The notes under the pieces were generated by a model. That model saw only the letters and a program-made list of their open reading frames with translations, made no database searches and was not told the DNA's origin. A stretch of 64,000 nt of DNA from a virus (Duplodnaviria; Caudoviricetes). Shown piece by piece: positions 1 to 10,465 of the stretch (the stretch's first letter is position 1; every line of letters starts with the position of its first letter). Location: positions 95,517-159,516 of IMG/VR virus record IMGVR_UViG_3300033121_000971. The stretch is one strand, 5' to 3'. A program made the translations under genes and the position numbers.

Positions 1-456
1 AATAAGACTGATGATGTCATATATTTTCCTATTGAAGTAAAGCCAGAAGCAAAGATAAAGTCTGACCTTACAGCATTAAGTCATTTGGATATTATAAAAA
101 TGATTCAAGAGAATTGGGTCATGAATGGTATATCCGATACTAATAAAAAGAATATAAGTCATAATGTAAGCTGTACTGTTGAGGTTGATAAAGGTGAGTG
201 GGATAAAGTAACTAAGTATCTTTTTGATAATAGAAATTATTTTTCCGCAGTATCTCTACTTGCTAAGTCTGGGGATAGAGACTATGAACAGGCTCCGTTC
301 CAGAGAATTGATGGAGAAGATAGGGAAGCAAAATGGAAAGAGCTGGTAGAGAAGTGGGTACCAGTAGACTACACAAGTCTGGTAGAGGAAGAAGATGAGA
401 CAGCTTTAATGGCTGAAGCTTCTTGTGCTGGAGCAAATTGTGAAATTAATATTTAA
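1..456 (+). CDS. Ribonucleotide reductase large subunit, C-terminal part (5'-truncated by window; probably class II/NrdJ-like)
   Basis: Frame open from nt 1; SHNVSCTV, QAPFQ and C-terminal redox Cys pair CAGANCEI typical of RNR C-termini; class not certain. Confidence 0.8.
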   Translation, partial: NKTDDVIYFPIEVKPEAKIKSDLTALSHLDIIKMIQENWVMNGISDTNKKNISHNVSCTVEVDKGEWDKVTKYLFDNRNYFSAVSLLAKSGDRDYEQAPFQRIDGEDREAKWKELVEKWVPVDYTSLVEEEDETALMAEASCAGANCEINI

Positions 457-674
457 GTTATGGAAAGTGTAGAAGAAGAATTACATCAAAGGTTACATGA
501 GGCTTGTGGATGCTTTGTGGGAGAAAAGGTGTCGCCTGAGATGATATCTAGGATTAAGGCTAAATGTGTTGCTATTATACATTCTTATGTTGATGAGTTA
601 AATATTAAGTGTTTAGCTATTGATTGTTATGAGGCTGGTGGTGGGCAAGTATGGATAAGGGCATATGTCCCAGA

Positions 675-706
675 CTTGTAATTATGGAAATTTTTAATTA
701 TATTTG
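675..706 (+). promoter_or_regulatory. Promoter class A (CTTG-N20-TATATTTG)
   Basis: Matches Bacteroidota-type -33 TTG / -7 TAnnTTTG; near-identical copies at 4208, 5956, 26474, variant at 57214. Confidence 0.75.
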
Positions 707-1089
707 AATATGAAATATAGAACACAGTATATAGACGGTAAACTTGTATTCAAGCAAGAAATATTTAAGTTAAGTTATTTTGGCGAGGTGCATTATGTGT
801 TGGGTAGGATTTTGTTGAACATACATCCTAAAGCTAAGCAAAAGGTTACAGAAGATGAGATTGTAGATGTTTAGTAATGTTTTAGAAATAGATGGCTACA
901 AGATTTACTATGTTGAGACTGCACAACATCCGTTTAAGTTAGATAAATGTACTGTAGATAGTTTAAAGCCTGAAGAGCTTGTGCGTGTATTTTATAAAAA
1001 TGAATATTATGAAGCTCTTGTAGGTGAAGTTAGAAGCAAAGTAGCAGTTGACTATACAAAAAATAAATATTTTATAAAGAAAGAGTATT

Positions 1090-4000
1090 TTGTTAAATGA
1101 GATAAGGAATTCTTCTTGTGAGCTGTGCCCTTTAGGTAAGAGTTCAGAGAAGGTTTGTTTAATGGGTAGAGGTAAAGTTTCACCTATTATGTTTGTAGGT
1201 GATTACTTTAATAATCATGATTTGAAAGCTGAAGAGGCTGTATCAGGTGCTGGAGGACATATTTTAAATGTTACTTTACAGAAAGCTGGATATGATATAG
1301 CAGATGTGTATATTACTAATTCTGTAAAATGTAATACAGATAAGGTAAAAACTACAAGCATTAAAGCCTGCCGTGAGTACTTAATAAAAGAAATTGAAGC
1401 GGTAAAGCCTAGAGTAATTGTTACTTTGGGAGCTACTGCATTGGAGAGTGTTCTCAAGCTTAAAGGTGTTACAAAAGTAAGAGGGCAGTATATTTGGAGC
1501 GAAGAGTTTCAGTGTTTCGTTGTTCCTACTTTTCATCCTAATTCATTTGGTTACAATCCTGACCAGCAACCTATGTTTGTGCAGGATGTGAAGTTTGCAT
1601 TAGATAAGGCTTATGGTAAGGAAGAGACAGCTAAAAATAAAAATTATTTTGTAGTAGATACTATTGAGAAGTTTAGAAGTACTAAAAGATTTTTACTTTC
1701 TAAACCTTTATTGGCAATAGATACTGAAACGTTTCTTACTGACCCTATTGAAGGGGAAGTGCTATGTGTTCCTATATCTTGGGAATCTGGCTATTCGGTC
1801 TTAGTTCCATTGTGTGGACAAAACATGGTTCCTATATGGGAGCCTAATGAATATGAAGAAGTATTAGAAGGATTGAAAGAGATATTATACACTGTTAAAC
1901 TAGTTCTTCATAACGGTAAGTATGATATGCAGTTTCTTATAAATGCTGGATTTGATAAAGACAAGCTATTTGAAAGTTGGGTAGGTGACACTATGTTACT
2001 TAACCACTTGCTGGATGAGAATTCTAAACATGGTCTGGATGACCTTGCATTAAAACTGACTGACTTAGGAGCTTATTATGTTAAGCTGGATGAGCTCAAA
2101 GATGATTTGCTTAAGGAGATGAATAAGGGCAGGAAACTAAAAATAAAAAAAGATAATTTTACTTATGATTTGTTTCCTACTGACGTGTTATGGGAATATG
2201 CAAATTATGACAGTGATGCAACATTTAGAGCAAACATAAGGTTGTTAGAAGAGTTGGAAAAGTACCCAAAATTAAAAATAGTGTATGAGTACTCTACTAT
2301 GCCATTAGCTAAGTTATTAACAGAGATGGAAATGACTGGTATAAATATGGATAGGGAGAGACTTGATACTAATATTGCAAAGTTAGAAGCAAAGTTAAAA
2401 GAAGTTGAAGACTTGCTGTATACAAATGAGTATGTAAAAAAGACTGAAGAGTTTTTTGCTAAACGTGGAGAAGCAGAATTAAAAGAGCATTACGATTCTC
2501 TTAAAACAAAACGTTTAGAGTGGGATGATTACAAAGCTAAGCATTTTGACCCTGCTGACTATAGGATGAATTTTAGTTCTCCAAAACAGCTAGGTGTGTT
2601 ACTATTTGATGTGCTGGGTCTTGAGCCTATAGTAAGTAAAAAAACTGGTAATAACACTACAGACAGAGGTGCATTAGAGGTATATGCAGAGAAGCATCCA
2701 TTTTGTAGCCAGTTCAATGAGTACAGAAATCTTCAGCAATTTTTATCTACATTCCTTATTGGAGCTCGTGACAGAATAGGTAAAGATGGAAGATTGCGTA
2801 CAAGCTTTCTACAACATGGTACAGTTACAGGAAGATTGTCAAGCAGGAATCCTAACTTCCAGAATATACCAAAACATAAAAAAGGTGATGTTGACCCTAT
2901 GCTGGTGCGTGAGTGTTATATAGCATCTGAAGGTTACTATTTATTGGAGTGTGACTTTTCACAGCTAGAGTTCAGACTGTTTGCTGATGTAAGTAAAGAC
3001 CCGTTGTTGATATCCGATATTGCTAATGGTTTGGATATACATAGAAAAGTAGCATCTCTTGTGTATCAGTGTACAGAAGAAGAAGTGACAAAGGAGCAAA
3101 GAAGCAAAACTAAGTTGACTGTATTTGGGTTGCTTTATGGTGAAGGTATTTGGGCATTGTCAAAAAGATTGAAGATGACCGAAGAAGAAGCTCAGACTAT
3201 ATCAGATACTTTCTTTAATATGTATCCTGATGCTTTTACGTGCATAGAAGGCTATAGAGATTTTGCTAAGAAGAATGGCTATGTTGAAAACATATTCGGA
3301 AGAAGAAGAAGATTTCCAGTACTTCTTGGTGGCTACAGAGAAGAAATAAAACGTGAGTGGAATGAAGCATTAAGACAAGCATTTAATTTTGTAATTCAGG
3401 GCACTGCAGGAGACCTTACAGCATTTGCTATGTTGCGTCTGGACAGAAAAGTAAAGGAGCTGGGAATAAGAGCTAATATGCTTATTCAGATTCATGATGC
3501 TATAGTGTTTGAGGTTAAGAAGGAAGACCTTCACAGATTATGCAGGTTGATAAAAGAAGAGATGCCTAGGCAGGTAGCAGGTATTACTTGTCCTCTGGAT
3601 TGTGAGATTGAATATGGAGAAAGATGGAGTGAGCTTAAGCACTGGGAGCCAGAAGATAAGGTGCTACAGACAGATGTATCTGAGGTGGTGTCAGCATCAG
3701 AATATGTTCCTAAAATTATAGAGGTAGCTATATCCGATGACATGATTAGTAGGGCAAGGGCTCAAGCTGATGAACAAGGTGTGCTTAAGAATTCAATCCG
3801 TAACGGTAAAGGAAATTTTATAGGCTTTTTGGGTAAAGAAGTTGCTAATAAAGTAATTCAAGGTGAGTATGAGCATACTTCACATTATGATATTATTAGT
3901 AATGGTAATAAGTATGCAGTTTTTACAAAAGAGTGTACATCTCCTCCTACATTAAAATATGATTGTTCAGTGCTTGATTTTAATGTAAAAAGTGGGTGTG

Positions 4001-4203
4001 ATTTTTATGTGTTTGTGCGAATACAATGTTTAAATGACAAGCCTGTTGCAGGATGGTTTTTAGGTGTTATGGGTAGGGAAGAGTATCTGAGTAAAGCAAA
4101 TCATATGCATGCAGGGGATAAAGATGCTAGTAACAATTATATTTTTAAAGCAGATTGTTGGAATTTAAAAGTTTCAGAACTTGACCGTTGGGAAGCAAAG
4201 TGA
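1090..4203 (+). CDS. polA: Family A DNA polymerase with N-terminal family-4 UDG-like domain, 3'-5' exonuclease and C-terminal nuclease-like extension
   Basis: Exo AIDTET/HNGKYD/YANYD; TGRLSSRNPNFQNIP; motif A DFSQLEFR; motif B RSKTKLTVFGLLYG; motif C IHDAIVFE; N-terminal CELCPL...VKC...C...TFHP UDG4 pattern. Confidence 0.95.
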   Translation: MLNEIRNSSCELCPLGKSSEKVCLMGRGKVSPIMFVGDYFNNHDLKAEEAVSGAGGHILNVTLQKAGYDIADVYITNSVKCNTDKVKTTSIKACREYLIKEIEAVKPRVIVTLGATALESVLKLKGVTKVRGQYIWSEEFQCFVVPTFHPNSFGYNPDQQPMFVQDVKFALDKAYGKEETAKNKNYFVVDTIEKFRSTKRFLLSKPLLAIDTETFLTDPIEGEVLCVPISWESGYSVLVPLCGQNMVPIWEPNEYEEVLEGLKEILYTVKLVLHNGKYDMQFLINAGFDKDKLFESWVGDTMLLNHLLDENSKHGLDDLALKLTDLGAYYVKLDELKDDLLKEMNKGRKLKIKKDNFTYDLFPTDVLWEYANYDSDATFRANIRLLEELEKYPKLKIVYEYSTMPLAKLLTEMEMTGINMDRERLDTNIAKLEAKLKEVEDLLYTNEYVKKTEEFFAKRGEAELKEHYDSLKTKRLEWDDYKAKHFDPADYRMNFSSPKQLGVLLFDVLGLEPIVSKKTGNNTTDRGALEVYAEKHPFCSQFNEYRNLQQFLSTFLIGARDRIGKDGRLRTSFLQHGTVTGRLSSRNPNFQNIPKHKKGDVDPMLVRECYIASEGYYLLECDFSQLEFRLFADVSKDPLLISDIANGLDIHRKVASLVYQCTEEEVTKEQRSKTKLTVFGLLYGEGIWALSKRLKMTEEEAQTISDTFFNMYPDAFTCIEGYRDFAKKNGYVENIFGRRRRFPVLLGGYREEIKREWNEALRQAFNFVIQGTAGDLTAFAMLRLDRKVKELGIRANMLIQIHDAIVFEVKKEDLHRLCRLIKEEMPRQVAGITCPLDCEIEYGERWSELKHWEPEDKVLQTDVSEVVSASEYVPKIIEVAISDDMISRARAQADEQGVLKNSIRNGKGNFIGFLGKEVANKVIQGEYEHTSHYDIISNGNKYAVFTKECTSPPTLKYDCSVLDFNVKSGCDFYVFVRIQCLNDKPVAGWFLGVMGREEYLSKANHMHAGDKDASNNYIFKADCWNLKVSELDRWEAK

Positions 4204-4207
4204 TTGA

Positions 4208-4239
4208 CTTGATTCTTTGGAAATTTTTAATTATATTTG
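4208..4239 (+). promoter_or_regulatory. Promoter class A
   Basis: CTTG-N20-TATATTTG with shared GAAATTTTTAAT spacer. Confidence 0.75.
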
Positions 4240-4264
4240 AATAACAAATAAAAAGGAAATAAAA

Positions 4265-5332
4265 ATGATAGTAGCAGATTTTACAAAAAGTGTTACAACT
4301 TTGGAAGAGATGTCTGAAGTTCAGAGTAAGTATGATTATATAGAAGCAAATTTAGAAAACATAGTTATTGATGAAAATTGGCAGGTTGTGCTAGGTGAGA
4401 AGAAATATAATCTTACTCAGCAGGCGTTGGAAGCAATATCTAAGCTGTTAGGCATACCTTATAAATATGCAATAGCTATACCGACAGACCTGTTTCAGGA
4501 TAACATGGATAGGCTGAAGAACATTAAAAAAGGTTTAGTGAGCATATGCTTACGTGATGACAATGTTATTGTTAATTTCTATAAGTACAGACTTAATAAG
4601 AAGACTGATATGCCATTGCCTTGCACACCTTTGGATACTTCTAATCTTATGGAATATTTTGCTGATGGTAAGTACAGAACAGAGAAATGTCTTATCGGTG
4701 ATTTTGGAGCTATCATTGATGTTGTTGATACTAGTTTAGGTCAGGTTAACTTAGTTGAGGAGGGGGATGTTATTGACGTTGGTTATCGTATTGTTAATCC
4801 GTTTACTCAGGTAAGTGAGGGCTTAGAGATGAGTCTGATGCTGTCACATGATGGCTTTTGTATGAGGTTGCCTTCTGCTTTAGGTAAAGCAAAAGTTAGT
4901 TTAACAAAAGAGCTTGGTGACCAAGATAGATATTTTGCTAAGCTGATGGAAAGTCATGCTAACTGGATGGGTTCTAAATTTGTATTTGCTGATATAAAGA
5001 AGCTTGTTATGAATACTAGAGGTCTGGCTATTAAATATAGATTTTTTGTTCCTATGCTTGGTAAGGTTCATAAGATGAGTGAGTTTATGAGCAGTCAAGT
5101 GTTTGGAGTGATGGAGTGGAAAGATGATAACAAGTATTACAGAGAAGAGCTGGAAGATGATGAAGCTGGAGATTCTAAGTTTGAGTACTGGAAATCAATA
5201 TTTGATATAGGTCAGGAAGTGAGAAAGATGGAAGGTTTAGAGAGACTTGATTTTGAGAACTATATGAGTGTTGTGTTGCAGATGGCTGAAAAACAGTTGA
5301 AACTTTATCCCAAAGTAGAAGAGGGTAACTAA
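4265..5332 (+). CDS. Hypothetical phage protein (replication block)
   Basis: 355-aa ORF downstream of promoter; no recognised motif. Confidence 0.6.
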   Translation: MIVADFTKSVTTLEEMSEVQSKYDYIEANLENIVIDENWQVVLGEKKYNLTQQALEAISKLLGIPYKYAIAIPTDLFQDNMDRLKNIKKGLVSICLRDDNVIVNFYKYRLNKKTDMPLPCTPLDTSNLMEYFADGKYRTEKCLIGDFGAIIDVVDTSLGQVNLVEEGDVIDVGYRIVNPFTQVSEGLEMSLMLSHDGFCMRLPSALGKAKVSLTKELGDQDRYFAKLMESHANWMGSKFVFADIKKLVMNTRGLAIKYRFFVPMLGKVHKMSEFMSSQVFGVMEWKDDNKYYREELEDDEAGDSKFEYWKSIFDIGQEVRKMEGLERLDFENYMSVVLQMAEKQLKLYPKVEEGN

Positions 5333-5952
5333 TGGCAGTTAAATTTGAAGACTATGGTCTTGACAATGCTAAAATATTCAATGCAAAAGCTATAGAAGAT
5401 ATTCTTCAACCTTATGAGAGTAAGGATATAGACAGTTTTTATGAAAAGGTAAAAGAGCTTAAGAGCGTTGAATTTTATGAGGAACTGAAAGCATTGAGGG
5501 AATGTTTTGATGTGAAGTTATTCCAGACCATTGAGGAAATAAAGTTGTATGATATCACTGGTAAGTACTACGACCTAAGACGTAAGATAAACAAGGTAAT
5601 TGAGATAAAGAACAGGTTCAATGATTACAAAAAGCATTGGCTTGTAGTGCAGAAGCTGGCTGATAGCATGTATGAGCGTAATAAGGATGCTATGATTATA
5701 TCCGAAGACATGAAAGTGTATAAGAATAAAGATGAAAAACTTTCAGCTACTAATAGAAATCTTGACCAGTTAGTAAAGATATCTACCTATGTTGATATTG
5801 TATTGTTAAAACTTAAGCAGTTTGAATCAGAGATTCGTGAAGCTCAAGAGTATCTTATGGACGTAAAGCAGGATGTATCTAGGATTCAGTCGGCAATGAG
5901 TCTAGCCTTGGAAACTGGTGAGATAGCTAGAGTTATAAGACCCAGAGATTAG
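5332..5952 (+). CDS. Coiled-coil hypothetical protein
   Basis: Translationally coupled (TAATG), helical composition. Confidence 0.55.
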   Translation: MAVKFEDYGLDNAKIFNAKAIEDILQPYESKDIDSFYEKVKELKSVEFYEELKALRECFDVKLFQTIEEIKLYDITGKYYDLRRKINKVIEIKNRFNDYKKHWLVVQKLADSMYERNKDAMIISEDMKVYKNKDEKLSATNRNLDQLVKISTYVDIVLLKLKQFESEIREAQEYLMDVKQDVSRIQSAMSLALETGEIARVIRPRD

Positions 5953-5955
5953 GGG

Positions 5956-5987
5956 CTTGCATTTACGAAAATTTTTAATTATATTTG
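5956..5987 (+). promoter_or_regulatory. Promoter class A
   Basis: CTTG-N20-TATATTTG. Confidence 0.75.
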
Positions 5988-6377
5988 AATATGACAAGAT
6001 TGACGTTTCAAGAAGCAGTACTTAAAGGTTATACACAATTTCATTTTAAAGGTGATGTTCACGACTTGAATGAAAAGAATTATAATAGCTGTATAGCTCA
6101 AAAATCAGATAAAAATTTGATGTATCTGGTTGACACAGATTTAAACTACAGTATGAAGATTATACCAGAGCAGGTAATATATAATGCTACTGAAGATTTA
6201 TTTTCAGGATGTTATGATAAGGTAACTGGTTCGAAAGAGTTTAGATTGTGGAAGAAGCAGACTGAAGATTTTTTGAAATCTATGGAGAGTATTACTACTT
6301 CGTACAATGTTACAGATATAGAGTTAGTATAGTTTCACGTTAATGAGTAGAAAGATAATTAATTAGGAGTATTTAAA

Positions 6378-7016
6378 ATGGCAGTAAAATTTTCACAGAA
6401 CGTTCATTTTACATTAGATAGCACAGAGCTGTATGGTGCTTTTGTTAGTGATGTTAAGTTTGTTGTAAGAGAGTCAGAAAAAGGTACATTCAAAATGTAC
6501 GACATGAAGTTTGAAGTTTTTGACCCTAGAGATGTATATTGTATTGAGGGTAAAAGGGACAAAGAAGGGAATATAGTTGATAAGTGTGTTGGCAAAACAG
6601 TTAAATGTACTTTATGGTTAAGCAAAGAGGACGGTGGTTTACCACAAGCTTCTGAAAACATGGTTAGAATCCTTGCCGAATCAAAAGGCTTGGATATGGA
6701 AGATGATGCTTTTAATCTGGAAGACTTAAAAGGTGCAGTATGCCTGATGGGTGTAGTCAATGTACCAGATAGGACAGATAAGACTAAGTTGTATAGTAAT
6801 GTAGATATAGCTACAGTAAAGAAAGCTAGACCTGAGCTTAAACAGTTATGTAAACTGTACAAAGAAGCAAAAGGTCAGAAGAAAAATTCATCTGACAGTG
6901 CTATAACTGGAGAGTCAAAGCCAGCATCTAAAGTTGCACCTAAGCCTGAAGCAGAATTACAGCCTGCAAAGACTGTAGATGAGACTACTGATGGCAAGAA
7001 TCCGTTTTTAAGTTAA
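6378..7016 (+). CDS. Possible single-stranded DNA-binding protein
   Basis: Beta-rich N-terminus, disordered tail ending NPFLS, strong SD (AGGAG), replication context. Confidence 0.4.
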   Translation: MAVKFSQNVHFTLDSTELYGAFVSDVKFVVRESEKGTFKMYDMKFEVFDPRDVYCIEGKRDKEGNIVDKCVGKTVKCTLWLSKEDGGLPQASENMVRILAESKGLDMEDDAFNLEDLKGAVCLMGVVNVPDRTDKTKLYSNVDIATVKKARPELKQLCKLYKEAKGQKKNSSDSAITGESKPASKVAPKPEAELQPAKTVDETTDGKNPFLS

Positions 7017-7040
7017 GTAGACCTTTATAGAATTTAAAAA

Positions 7041-7073
7041 TTATACCAGTTAGTATTATACTGACTGGTATAA
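7041..7073. terminator. 15-bp intergenic hairpin (terminator or processing site)
   Basis: TTATACCAGTTAGTA-TTA-TACTGACTGGTATAA; T-run follows only on the minus strand. Confidence 0.5.
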
Positions 7074-7078
7074 TATAT

Positions 7079-7522
7079 TTGATGGCAAAGAAAAAAATTA
7101 TTAGTGGTTCAGAGTATATAAAGGTTACACCTTTCCAGAGATGTAAGGAATTAAAGCCTAAGTTGTGGAAAGTGTTTTCAAAGTTTATAAGATTGCGTGA
7201 TGGCTGTAATTGCTATACTTGTTCTTCACGTAATATTCCAATGGCTAAATGCCATGCTGGACATTTTCATCCGAAGTCAACAACTGGTGTACTTTTGTAC
7301 TTTGAAGAAAAGAATGTTCATGCTCAATGTATTAGTTGCAACATGTATAAGAGTGGTAACTTAGCAATATATAGTTTAAGGCTGGAACAGGATTATGGAA
7401 TGGGAATTTTACAAGAGCTTGATGCTATAAAAAATAAAATATTTAAACCTACCCCAGACTGGTATGAAGAGAAGATTGCTTACTATGAAGAGAAAGTAAA
7501 AGAACTAGAAAGTAGAAAATGA
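7079..7522 (+). CDS. ninG: NinG/Rap-like recombination endonuclease
   Basis: FSKFIRLRD..CYTC...HAGHF...NVHAQCISCN pattern. Confidence 0.85.
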   Translation: MMAKKKIISGSEYIKVTPFQRCKELKPKLWKVFSKFIRLRDGCNCYTCSSRNIPMAKCHAGHFHPKSTTGVLLYFEEKNVHAQCISCNMYKSGNLAIYSLRLEQDYGMGILQELDAIKNKIFKPTPDWYEEKIAYYEEKVKELESRK

Positions 7523-7805
7523 TTATATCAGATGAAGTTGGTGATGCAATACTCAATAAGTATTTTATGTCAAATGCTAGTCATGACACTTTTAAATTAA
7601 AACTTACAAAGCAGGAACATGATGCTATTGTACCTGAAAATCCTTTTCCACATACAGGCACTTATAGGTACATTTGTTTAGAGCATTCAGATATACCTAC
7701 TGGTCTGCCTATGTGTATTGTAGGCTATGATTCTAATTCTATGGAGGTAGCCTTATACCCGTTTACGTTTATTTGGTTTAAGAGTGATGGTAAATATAAT
7801 TTTAT

Positions 7806-8447
7806 TTGGTAATGTCAAAAAGTACTCAAGGTCAAAAAATACATAAGCACGAAAGAATTAGGAATAATGTCTTCAAGTGGATAATTGAGGAACCTTCTAT
7901 TACTGATTATAGTATCTCCATGAAGCTAAAGGATGAGTTTAATTTTAAAGCATCCCAACCTTCAGTAGCGAGCTGGAGAGCTAACTATTTTCCACAAATG
8001 TTAGCAGACCATGAAAAGTCTGTACAGGAACTATCAAAGCCTGTAGCAGAGAAAATAGATTTAAAGCTTATGAGTATTGTTACTCTTAATAAATATATTG
8101 AAGACTTTAGTAAAAGACTAGAGATGCTTGCAATGATTCTTCCAGACTATCATGTAGACCCTAACAGCCAGACTACTGGAGTTAGGTACGTGTCTGGTAA
8201 TGAGGTGGAGCTGGAGGAGAGATATCAGACTAATGCAAAGTTTGTTGTAGATTTGATAAAGGAGAGAGATAAACTTGTTGGCGGTTGGACTCCTTACGAT
8301 GTGGCACTGGATACTGCACAGAAAATAACTGAGATGGTGGCTTTGTATTTAAAAGTTGATGCACAGTCGGAAGAGTATAAAGCATTTAAAGAGGCATTAC
8401 TCCAATTAGATTCTTCTTTAAAGGAGAGGTACAATGTTAAGAAATAA
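7806..8447 (+). CDS. Hypothetical protein with N-terminal HTH-like segment
   Basis: ISMKLKDEFNFKASQPSVASW resembles an HTH. Confidence 0.45.
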   Translation: MVMSKSTQGQKIHKHERIRNNVFKWIIEEPSITDYSISMKLKDEFNFKASQPSVASWRANYFPQMLADHEKSVQELSKPVAEKIDLKLMSIVTLNKYIEDFSKRLEMLAMILPDYHVDPNSQTTGVRYVSGNEVELEERYQTNAKFVVDLIKERDKLVGGWTPYDVALDTAQKITEMVALYLKVDAQSEEYKAFKEALLQLDSSLKERYNVKK

Positions 8448-8464
8448 TTTGTATTTATTATATA
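8448..8464 (+). promoter_or_regulatory. Candidate late promoter TTTGTATTTATTATATA
   Basis: Identical 17-mer at 33575-33591; both are intergenic and precede lysis/virion-type genes. Confidence 0.45.
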
Positions 8465-8496
8465 TGGACGATTCATAAACTAAAAGCGGAGGAATT

Positions 8497-9138
8497 TTGC
8501 TTAAATTTTTAATTTTAATGTTCTTTTTTGTATGTTTTGAAAATGTTAATGCCAGCGACATAAAAACTGATAGCAGTTTTAATACTACTGGCACTGTCGA
8601 AGAACAAGATTTACATAAAGAACTAAAAAGAGAAGATGTAACAAATTTATTACACTATGCAAACAATCTTTTAATAATGTCAAAAGATACATTATTTTCA
8701 GATGAAGTTACAAAGTCATTTAATGAGATAGCAACAAAAGTTTTAACTGAAGTAAAAAAAGAATCAGACAGGCTTAAAGAGTTGGAGCCTGACACAACGT
8801 GGGAAGTTTATAAAGAGAGTGGTTCGGTGTCATGGTACGGAGACCCTAATAAAAAATTAGATAGATTTCATGGTAAGAAGTCTGCTAATGGTGAGATTTT
8901 TGATACTTATAAATATACTGTAGCCTCTTGGAGTGATTTAAAGTTTGGTACTATGTTGCGTATAACTAATCCTTCTAACGGTAAGAGTATAATTGCCAGA
9001 GTTACTGACAGAGGAGCTTTTAAGAAGTTAGGTAGAGTTTTGGATATGAGCTATGCATGTATGAGAGATTTAGATGGGCTAGGCTCTGGTGTTATAAAAG
9101 TTAAGGTGGAAGTTTTGAAAATCAGTAAAATAAAGTAA
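8497..9138 (+). CDS. rlpA: RlpA-like (DPBB) lytic transglycosylase with signal peptide
   Basis: SWYG...FHGKKSANGEIFD...LKFGTMLRITN...RVTDRG...RVLDMS. Confidence 0.85.
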   Translation: MLKFLILMFFFVCFENVNASDIKTDSSFNTTGTVEEQDLHKELKREDVTNLLHYANNLLIMSKDTLFSDEVTKSFNEIATKVLTEVKKESDRLKELEPDTTWEVYKESGSVSWYGDPNKKLDRFHGKKSANGEIFDTYKYTVASWSDLKFGTMLRITNPSNGKSIIARVTDRGAFKKLGRVLDMSYACMRDLDGLGSGVIKVKVEVLKISKIK

Positions 9139-9335
9139 ATGCTTACTAAAGACGTAGAAAAGAATATACATACTAGGATAAGTCAGGTAGTTGACTATGT
9201 GGATACAGTGGTAGATGTTATAGAGGATTCAGGATTGATTCCTAATTTTAAAAATAAAGTAGTAGCTACTTTTCAAAAACGTATAGGCAGTATTTATAAT
9301 TTAAATGGAACTTGTGTGATGGAGATGTATAACTT

Positions 9336-10463
9336 ATGAGGATAGTTACTGTTAAAGACCCAGTAATATTACTGGATGACAATGAAAATCAGGTTCCATT
9401 GCAAGCTCATGTAGATTATGTTGTACCTGATATTGTGCCAGCTTTGTTGCATAAAGACGGCATAAGTAAATCTATAATTAAGGATGATGACTTTTATGAT
9501 TGGGCAGAGTTTAAGACTTACAAAGGTCAGAAGCTGGACGGGAAAGAAGTAGTATTTTTTAGGAACGGTGGCATAGGGGATTTAATATTTCCTATACCTT
9601 CAGCTAAAGCATTAAAAGAAAAATATCCTACTTGTAAAATATATGTATGCTGTAATGAGCAGTATAGGTGTTTGTTCGAAGAGTTAGATTTTATTGAAGG
9701 TGTTTTCTCGTTACCTTTACCTATGAGTGAGATATGGAAAAAAGATTACTATATTAACTTCGAAGGGCTCATAGAAGGTAACAAGGAAGCTGAGACTGTA
9801 GATGCTTACATACTCCATTCAAGAAGGTTTTTTGTACAGCCTGAGTCATTCTGTCCAGAATTAAAAGTGAATGCTCAAGTAGAGTCTAAGATTAAAACAG
9901 AGCTGGCAAAGTATAATAATTGTAAAAAAATAGTTATAGCTTTTTCTGCTAGTGTGGCAATAAGAAGCATAGACCCTAATATGTATAAGCAGTTGATTGA
10001 TTCTGTAAAAGACCCGAATGTAAGATGGTTTATTACTGGTAGTAAAAATCAACTTAAAGATATTGAAGCATTTATAAAAACCTGTAATAATAAAAATAAG
10101 ATAATCAACTGGAGTGCTAAGCATTTTACTCTGGTTGAGACTATGGCACTGGTTAAGAATTCGGATGCTGTAATAGCTCCAGATAGTGGGTTACTTCATA
10201 TTGCTGGAGGTTTTGGTATACCTGTAATAGGGTTGTATGGTGCATTTCATTCTAGCTTAAGGATGAGTCATTATAAAAAAGCTATCGGACTGAATGCTGT
10301 AAGTTCTTGTGTATTTGCAAGAGGTGAGTTTAGATGTTGTTTTCAACATGGTGGCGGTTCTTGTAATATGGCAAGAAAAGTGTATGAGAAGTATCCTCCT
10401 TGTATGGAGTTAATAAAAGTTGACGCTGTACTAGGAGCATTAAAAAATTTAAAAGTGTTGTAG
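9336..10463 (+). CDS. Glycosyltransferase family 9 (heptosyltransferase-like)
   Basis: GGIGDLI N-terminal motif; DSGLLHIAGGFGIPVIGLYG C-terminal motif. Confidence 0.85.
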   Translation: MRIVTVKDPVILLDDNENQVPLQAHVDYVVPDIVPALLHKDGISKSIIKDDDFYDWAEFKTYKGQKLDGKEVVFFRNGGIGDLIFPIPSAKALKEKYPTCKIYVCCNEQYRCLFEELDFIEGVFSLPLPMSEIWKKDYYINFEGLIEGNKEAETVDAYILHSRRFFVQPESFCPELKVNAQVESKIKTELAKYNNCKKIVIAFSASVAIRSIDPNMYKQLIDSVKDPNVRWFITGSKNQLKDIEAFIKTCNNKNKIINWSAKHFTLVETMALVKNSDAVIAPDSGLLHIAGGFGIPVIGLYGAFHSSLRMSHYKKAIGLNAVSSCVFARGEFRCCFQHGGGSCNMARKVYEKYPPCMELIKVDAVLGALKNLKVL

Positions 10464-10465
10464 TA

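Noticed and set aside
1090-4203. Intein in the DNA polymerase
   Set aside because: Extra length is explained by terminal domains; no intein splice motifs within the core
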